Source: an uncultured Sediminispirochaeta sp.
Lineage (GTDB): Bacteria > Spirochaetota > Spirochaetia > DSM-16054 > Sediminispirochaetaceae
DNA length: 54,556 nucleotides
Assembly: GCA_964394395.1 (NCBI GenBank)
Contig: CAYMWV010000005.1
Location: 4,780-59,335 of the forward strand
Direction of reading: 5' to 3'
Within the stretch, counting starts at the first letter, position 1; every line of letters begins with the position of its first letter. A program made the position numbers and the translations under genes. Below the pieces are notes generated by a model, which was not told the origin of the DNA, searched no databases, and worked only from the letters and a program-made list of their open reading frames with translations. Shown in pieces: positions 49,003-54,556 of the stretch.

Positions 49003-50458
49003 GAAAAACGGAAACAGCCCATCAGGGAAGATAAAAAAACGGATGGGAAGGGTGGATGTTCGGATCGCTCTCATTTTTCTTCTCTTTTTTACCATCGCAT
49101 CCAGCCTGCTCTTTGGCTTTTCCCTCTTTTTCCTCTTCAACTCCTTTCGGGATAGCGAAACGGAAGCAGCCGGGCGGAGGCTGCTCCACTACTGGGCTCT
49201 TTTTCAATCCGGTGGAATGGAATCTTTGATGGATGAGATAGAGGAAGAGTCGATGATCTTTGAGGAGCGCCCTTTTTTTACCCGTATTGCCGACAGCGAT
49301 AACCGTACACTCTTCCTTCGCTACCCCCGGAGCTGGGAGAGTTTTGCAATTGACCAACTGGATGAATATCCGATACAACGCTTTGAAAAAAGCCTCAGTT
49401 TAGAGAGTGAGGGAGTAGAAAAAAGCCTGGAGGTATTCACTATTGAACTATCTGAGGATCTAATGCTTCAAGTTGGAATGAGCAATGCCAGAAGCTTGAT
49501 CCTCCTCCGGCTCTACCGCAGAAACTTCCTTCTCCTTCTGGGAGGACTGCTTCTTTTCGGTTTCAGTTTTGCCCTCCTTCTCTCGGGACGCCTGATCTCA
49601 CCCCTTAGGAGGTTAAACCAGGGGATAGAGGAGATCATTGCCACCAACGACTTCTCCCGGAGGGTCCAAACCCGGAGGGTAGATGATGAGCTTGACGACC
49701 TGATTCGACTTTTCAACACCATGGTGGAGCGGATCGAACATCTTCTCTTCCGGATGAAAGAGAACGTAGACACCCTGGCCCACGACCTCCGCACTCCTAT
49801 GACCCTCTTTCGCAGCTCTGCAGAGGAGGCCTTATCAGATCCCGGGACCGGAGATGCGGCAGCAAAAGCACTTTCCACCGCTCTGGAACAGTCGGACCGG
49901 ATAATATCTATGATGAACACCATTATGGATATTACCGAGGCAGAAACAGGAACTCTGCGGCTTTATACAAGAAAGATAGAGCTCTTCTCCCTGGCAGCCT
50001 CCCTGGCAGAGCTTTACCGCATGCTATCCCAGGAGAAGAATATCACCATACATGTAGAAGGAGAGGAAGTGTACCTGGAGGGGGATAAGGGAAGGATTGA
50101 GCAGGCCCTGGCAAACCTTTTGGACAATGGGGTGAAATTCAGCCCCCGGGGTAGTGAAATAATCGTAAAAGTATATCTGCTAGAGAAACTTCACCGGAAG
50201 AATGGACAAGGGGAAAAGAGGGCAGTAATCGAGGTGAGAGACCGGGGTCCTGGAATCGCCCAAGAAGAGCTGCCTCACATTTTTGAACGGCTCTACCGGG
50301 GAGCAGCCTCCAAAAAGAGCCCCGGAACCGGTCTTGGACTCGGCTTGGTAAAGGCCATCGCCCAATCCCACGGAGGGAATGTAGAAGTTGAATCGGCGGT
50401 GGGAAAAGGCAGCAGCTTTCGCATCATCCTTCCCATCGGTGATTGCGGGACGGCCTGA
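48986..50458 (+). CDS. Membrane sensor histidine kinase (2TM-HAMP-HisKA-HATPase)
   Basis: LAHDLRTPM, NLLDNGVKFS, DRGPGI, GTGLGL. Confidence 0.93.
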   Translation: MSFGNKKNGNSPSGKIKKRMGRVDVRIALIFLLFFTIASSLLFGFSLFFLFNSFRDSETEAAGRRLLHYWALFQSGGMESLMDEIEEESMIFEERPFFTRIADSDNRTLFLRYPRSWESFAIDQLDEYPIQRFEKSLSLESEGVEKSLEVFTIELSEDLMLQVGMSNARSLILLRLYRRNFLLLLGGLLLFGFSFALLLSGRLISPLRRLNQGIEEIIATNDFSRRVQTRRVDDELDDLIRLFNTMVERIEHLLFRMKENVDTLAHDLRTPMTLFRSSAEEALSDPGTGDAAAKALSTALEQSDRIISMMNTIMDITEAETGTLRLYTRKIELFSLAASLAELYRMLSQEKNITIHVEGEEVYLEGDKGRIEQALANLLDNGVKFSPRGSEIIVKVYLLEKLHRKNGQGEKRAVIEVRDRGPGIAQEELPHIFERLYRGAASKKSPGTGLGLGLVKAIAQSHGGNVEVESAVGKGSSFRIILPIGDCGTA

Positions 50459-50461
50459 ATT
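50443..50461. repeat. Solitary MITE end supplying the kinase stop codon
   Basis: TTGCGGGACGGCCTG-AATT, 1 mismatch to the copy-2 right end (5167-5185). Confidence 0.7.
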
Positions 50462-50474
50462 ACAAATCTGTAAT
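50459..50474. promoter_or_regulatory. CusR/HprR-type palindromic operator upstream of degP
   Basis: ATTACA-AATC-TGTAAT. Confidence 0.6.
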
Positions 50475-50567
50475 CTCTTTGCAATAGTTTTGTTAAACTC
50501 CCTCTCTATATTGGTACCAGACACAATTGGTACCAGACAAGGAAAACCATATATCAGGAGGAAAGAT

Positions 50568-52022
50568 ATGAAGAGAATAAATCAAATTCTTCTACTGCTC
50601 TTACTTATTCCCATTTTAGGATTATCGGCCGAAAGCTACCGTTATGGATCCTACGGACAAAGCTCCGACACCGATATCCTCGAATCCTTTCAGAACGCCA
50701 CCAGAGGAGTGGCTAAAGAGGTTATCCCCTCGGTAGTCTCTATCGATGCGGTAAATGTGGTAGAAGCTCCCAACCGTACAAGTCCCTTCGGTTCTCCCTT
50801 TGAATTCTTTTTTGGAATTCCCGACCCGAATCAGGAGAGGGATGAAGAGAGTCAGCCCCGGGAATATCGACAAACCGCCCTGGGCAGCGGTGTTATCGTA
50901 GGGAAAGAGGGTGAGACGGTGCATGTTCTTACCAATAACCACGTTGTGGGTAAGGCAAAGGAGATCAAGATTCACCTGTCCGACGGTAGAACATTCCAGG
51001 GGGAGCTTCTTGGTTCCGATCCCCGCAGGGACATCGCCCTGGTGGAGTTTAGCACTCGGGAGAGTGTTCCGGTTGCCAGATTGGGCGATTCAGATCAGGT
51101 AGAGGTAGGGGACCTCTCCTTTGCAATAGGAAATCCCCTGGGCTTCGATTCCACTTTTACCTCCGGTGTGATCAGTGCCGTAGGACGGGAAGGGGGCCAA
51201 ATGACCGGAACAAGCTTTACCGACTATATCCAGACCGATGCGGCTATTAATCCCGGGAACTCAGGTGGCGCCCTGGTAAATATTAAGGGGGAAGTAATCG
51301 GGATAAACACCTGGATCGCCAGCCGAACCGGAGGCAATGTGGGAATTGGCTTCGCCATCCCTATCAATTCGGTTAAAATGGTGCTCAACGACCTGATCAC
51401 CAGCGGAAAGGTTGAATACGGCTGGCTGGGAGTTTCCATCGGCGACCCCTCGGAGCAGATGAAAGAAGAGATCGATCTTAACGGTAAAAAGGGCGCATTT
51501 GTCTATAATGTCTACCAGGATTCTCCAGCATGGGAGGGCGGCATTCGACCAGGAGACTTCATCACCACAGTAGATGGCCGTAGCATCGACAGCGGTAACA
51601 ATCTGGTAAAGGTGGTGGGCACCATGGAACCGGGAAAGCGCTATCTCTTTACCGTAATTCGGGATGGAAAGAACAGAAATATCCGGGTCAGGATAAGCAG
51701 CCGGGAAGAGGAATCAACCATCCGGGAACAAGCCAAGAAGCTATGGCCCGGCTTAACGGTTGCCCCCATTACCGATGAGATTCAGGAGCGGCTGAAGCTT
51801 CCCCGCAATATAGGAAAGGTGCTTATAGCTACTGTAGCGGAAGGATCTCCTGCACACCAGGCTGGCCTGCGCAGTGGAGATGTGGTCAAGGAAATAAATA
51901 AGGAAAAGATTGATTCTGTCAGCGAATTTTACCGGACATTAAACGGTAATGATCGGGTGGAGGAATTGATTTTCCGAGTAAACCGGCAGGGTACGGATAT
52001 ACTGCTTGGTATCGTAAAGTAA
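50568..52022 (+). CDS. degP: DegP/HtrA serine protease with two PDZ domains
   Basis: AGGAGG RBS, signal peptide, LTNNHV, DIAL, IQTDAAINPGNSGG. Confidence 0.93.
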   Translation: MKRINQILLLLLLIPILGLSAESYRYGSYGQSSDTDILESFQNATRGVAKEVIPSVVSIDAVNVVEAPNRTSPFGSPFEFFFGIPDPNQERDEESQPREYRQTALGSGVIVGKEGETVHVLTNNHVVGKAKEIKIHLSDGRTFQGELLGSDPRRDIALVEFSTRESVPVARLGDSDQVEVGDLSFAIGNPLGFDSTFTSGVISAVGREGGQMTGTSFTDYIQTDAAINPGNSGGALVNIKGEVIGINTWIASRTGGNVGIGFAIPINSVKMVLNDLITSGKVEYGWLGVSIGDPSEQMKEEIDLNGKKGAFVYNVYQDSPAWEGGIRPGDFITTVDGRSIDSGNNLVKVVGTMEPGKRYLFTVIRDGKNRNIRVRISSREEESTIREQAKKLWPGLTVAPITDEIQERLKLPRNIGKVLIATVAEGSPAHQAGLRSGDVVKEINKEKIDSVSEFYRTLNGNDRVEELIFRVNRQGTDILLGIVK

Positions 52023-52059
52023 ACCCAATTTCATGTAAAAAAGTGGTCGCTTCCTCCCG

Positions 52060-52108
52060 GCCCCCGGTTTCATGCCGGCCCCCTCTCGGGGGGCCCGGGG
52101 GCTTTTTT
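52060..52108 (+). terminator. Intrinsic terminator after degP
   Basis: GCCCCCGG...CCGGGGGC stem plus T6. Confidence 0.75.
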
Positions 52109-52142
52109 ATCGATCAGCGCTTCGCATCAGGGATGACAATGA

Positions 52143-52451
52143 GAGGATGTGGGGCGTCAAAACGCCTTTGCCAAGGGGGTAGGAAAAGCCCTTATAGATG
52201 GACTTGATCCGGGAAAAGTGATATGTTTTGCTTATAGAAGGGTAAATTCTGAAATTGCTGCGAAAGCGGTAAACTGCGGCTTCCCGTTGATCGTGTCACG
52301 CAGTATTGCAACTAGCAGAGCCTGTAGCATAGCAGAGGAGGCGAATATCGGTATTACCGGCAGGGCTGCCAGCGATCACCCCCTGCTGTTCAATGCACAG
52401 TTACATCATGTCCAAGAACAAGATCAATACAGGAGAAGAGCTCCTCCCTGA
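52143..52451 (+). pseudogene. fdhD: C-terminal remnant of FdhD (formate dehydrogenase sulfurtransferase)
   Basis: EDVGRQNAFAK.VG...R..SEIAAKA...G.P.IVSRS..T matches the FdhD EDIGRHNALDK...SGR region. In-frame TGA at 52140; N-terminal part absent. Confidence 0.7.
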
Positions 52452-53178
52452 AATGGCTCTGCGAGAGCATCTTAAAGAGCTGCGCAATGTGGTAATCGTC
52501 TCCTTTGTTTCCCTCGCCATTTTCAGCGCTATCAGCCTCTACTTTTTCGATCCCATCGTGAGGTTCCTCTATGCCCCTTTCAAGGTGATAACTGGACTAA
52601 AAACCGAGGATACGCTGTTTGTCAATTTTCTGTTTGAAGGGTTCCTTACTAAGTTGAAGATTTCCATTATGTCTGGATTAACCCTCTCGATACCAATCAT
52701 TATCTTTATGATCGTTCGTTTTGTACTGCCGGCACTTCACAAGCGTGAACGACGTGTTCTTTTTGCTGCTATCATCACCGGAGCCCTGCTTGTTTTGCTT
52801 GGCTTCTACTACGGGTATTATTCGATACTTCCTCTTACGGTCAAGTTTTTTACCAACCGGGGATTTTTACCTGATAATGTAGGATTCATGCTCAATTATC
52901 AGAAGAATATCCTCTATATATTCCGATTTATTTTACTTATCATGATCAGTTTTCAGTTTCCTATCCTGCTAGAATCCCTGATGATACTTAAGGTAGTCGA
53001 AAGACGGGCCCTTTTCAGAGCCAGCAAGTTTGTTATCGTACTGGTTTTTATTGCCGCAGCTATGATTACCCCTCCGGACTTTATCTCCCAGTGCATTATT
53101 GCAGCACCTTTGATCGCCCTCTATTTTCTGGCTATACTGATAGCTAAACTATTTGGTTTCGGCGAAGGAGAGTCGTAA
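52408..53178 (+). CDS. tatC: Twin-arginine translocase TatC
   Basis: MALREHLKELR, FVLPALHKRE, FQFP, AAMITPPD; six TMs. Confidence 0.93.
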   Translation: MSKNKINTGEELLPEMALREHLKELRNVVIVSFVSLAIFSAISLYFFDPIVRFLYAPFKVITGLKTEDTLFVNFLFEGFLTKLKISIMSGLTLSIPIIIFMIVRFVLPALHKRERRVLFAAIITGALLVLLGFYYGYYSILPLTVKFFTNRGFLPDNVGFMLNYQKNILYIFRFILLIMISFQFPILLESLMILKVVERRALFRASKFVIVLVFIAAAMITPPDFISQCIIAAPLIALYFLAILIAKLFGFGEGES

Positions 53179-53477
53179 TGGGACCTGCTGGACTTGGTTT
53201 CCAGGAAATTCTGGTAATTGCTGTACTTCTGTTGATATTTGTTCGGCCTGAAGAAATTCCTGCAATCTTTAGGAAGATCGGTAAAATCTGGGCAAAAATC
53301 TACTACTACTACACTCTGGCCAGGCGGGAACTCCGCAGCATGGAGAAAGATATAGGAATAGATGAGGAAATGAAAGAAATCCGGGCCATGAATGGCCGGA
53401 TGAGAAGCGAAATCACTAACTTTGACCGGACCGTCAAAGAAGATATAATCACAACCAATACGGATAAGGAGGAATAA
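53178..53477 (+). CDS. tatB: TatB-like subunit
   Basis: LGFQEILVIAVLLLIFVRPEEIP TM-hinge-amphipathic helix; TAATG coupling. Confidence 0.75.
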   Translation: MGPAGLGFQEILVIAVLLLIFVRPEEIPAIFRKIGKIWAKIYYYYTLARRELRSMEKDIGIDEEMKEIRAMNGRMRSEITNFDRTVKEDIITTNTDKEE

Positions 53478-53481
53478 GCAG

Positions 53482-53661
53482 ATGTTAGGATCAACTGAGA
53501 TAATAGTAATCGGTGGTGTGGTGGTTCTGCTTTTCGGAGCAACCGCAATCCCCAAGTTTGCCCGCTCCCTGGGGAAGGCAAAAAAAGAGTTTAAAGATGG
53601 TATGGCTGAAGGTGCTGAAGAGGCGAAAGAGAAAGAGGAAGAGAAGAAAGACGATAAATAG
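53482..53661 (+). CDS. tatA: TatA subunit (59 aa, below the ORF-track cutoff)
   Basis: MLGSTEIIVIGGVVVLLFGATAIPKFARSLGKAKKEFKDG; AAGGAGG RBS. Confidence 0.93.
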   Translation: MLGSTEIIVIGGVVVLLFGATAIPKFARSLGKAKKEFKDGMAEGAEEAKEKEEEKKDDK

Positions 53662-53759
53662 CGTTTATCTTTCTTGGGCCGTCTGATCCTTTGGGTCCGG
53701 GCGGCTGCTTTTTGATTGGAAAAGAAAACCAGCGGTTTTCAGAGCCTTGGAAAACTCAG

Positions 53760-53870
53760 ATCCAAAAAACGCAAATTCCAAAGCTATTTCTTCCCCCAAG
53801 GCAGTTTTTCTGAAGATTCCGGGAATACCGCTGCCCCATTGCTCAATATATTCAAGCTCCTTCTCTCGGG
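53760..53870 (-). pseudogene. Fragment of an AlbA/Schlafen-associated HATPase_c_4 ('RecG C-terminal') protein
   Basis: KELEYIEQWGSGIPGIF resembles the conserved ..LGYIEQWGSGI.RI motif; no intact ORF. Confidence 0.45.
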
Positions 53871-54475
53871 ATTGGGGCGGCACCGTGTGGTCTACCTCCC
53901 GGGAGAGCTCAGGGCATCTCTAAAAACTGCTCTTTTTCCCATATACTGCGTCGTTCAAGATTTCCCGCAGTCCTCATCTCTTGCCAGGGCAAGAGATTGC
54001 GGGCCCTACAAAATCTTTCCTCCTTGTCTCTGGAAAAAATACTACGTTTTTAGAGATGCCCCTGGATAGTAGAAGTCGAGAAACTCAAAAAAGAGCCCCC
54101 GGACCATCTCCTTCCAGGCGTTGTCGTATCGGTTTTTTTCTGGATTCATGTAAGGAGATAACAGGAAAGAAGCACGGATACTTCACTGTTGGAAACAGAA
54201 AAATAGATAAACATCAGGAATCGACGTTATTGAAGCTACCGAGGCACAGTGATTACCATACCTTTCCTGCGAATACTGCAAGGGAGAGCAGTTTCGCCTG
54301 GAACAGGTACTTGCCCGGGTAATCCGTCATGCTGGCTTGAAACTCCGGGTAACCAACATCCTCCGTCCTCAGTTTTTCAAGGTAAACCCCTATTTCGACC
54401 AGCTTCGCTGGCTGGGGAAAAAGGATTACTGGAAGAGCAATGAGCGCATCATCAAAGAGCGGTTGAGGCGTTGGG

Positions 54476-54556
54476 GAGGCTGTTAAAGGAATCTTAGCCC
54501 AAAGGAAGGAACCACCATATATGGTGCTATCACAATTCCATCACCACTATATGTAG
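54476..54556 (+). mobile_element. Partial third member of the 128-bp MITE family (cut by the window end)
   Basis: Starts GAGGCTGT; AACCACCATATATGGTGCTATCACAATTCCATCACCACTATATGTAG aligns without gaps to the MITE core. Confidence 0.7.

Noticed and set aside
50388-50567. 60-aa N-terminal extension of DegP in the ORF track
   Set aside because: A strong AGGAGG and a signal peptide define ATG 50568. Similar over-long starts were trimmed for luxR, nadD, apt, spoVG, flgF and the OmpR-type regulator.
52140-52142. Selenocysteine or readthrough at the TGA before the fdhD fragment
   Set aside because: The upstream sequence is the degP terminator, not FdhD-like, and the position is not a catalytic Cys.

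Overview
Chromosomal segment (GC roughly 45-50% by eye) of a flagellated spirochaete, probably a free-living Spirochaetaceae-type organism. The taxon is inferred from gene order and content: rplU-prp-rpmA-obgE-nadD-yqeK-LCP-rsfS, ispE-spoVG-tRNA-rplY-pth-tilS-ftsH, and flgF-flgG-X-flgI-flgJ-sigma-DPD-tsaD with no flgH. Contents from left to right: cheW and a partial MCP; a LuxR-type regulator; SurA/PpiD, Maf-like and lepA genes; a 10-kb STAS-cheA-cheR-cheB operon running directly into five receiver/kinase genes; housekeeping genes and three tRNAs; a flagellar rod/P-ring operon; a CusR-like two-component system with degP; an fdhD remnant, tatCBA and decayed DNA. Main observations: (1) a 128-bp TIR-bounded MITE family (two full inverted copies, a third relative at the window edge, two solo ends) carrying a tandem pair of NrdR-box-like palindromes exactly 32 bp apart; (2) a sigma-54 promoter in front of a group-2 sigma factor at the position Borrelia rpoS occupies; (3) a Che pathway wired to transcription-type hybrid kinases, with an MshEN-like motif in CheA; (4) an 85-aa, 59% Asp/Glu protein with its own promoter; (5) several apparently leaderless genes; (6) two further unrelated MITE-like elements. 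No CRISPR array, rRNA or intact transposase was seen. All calls come from reading the sequence by eye; no searches were run.
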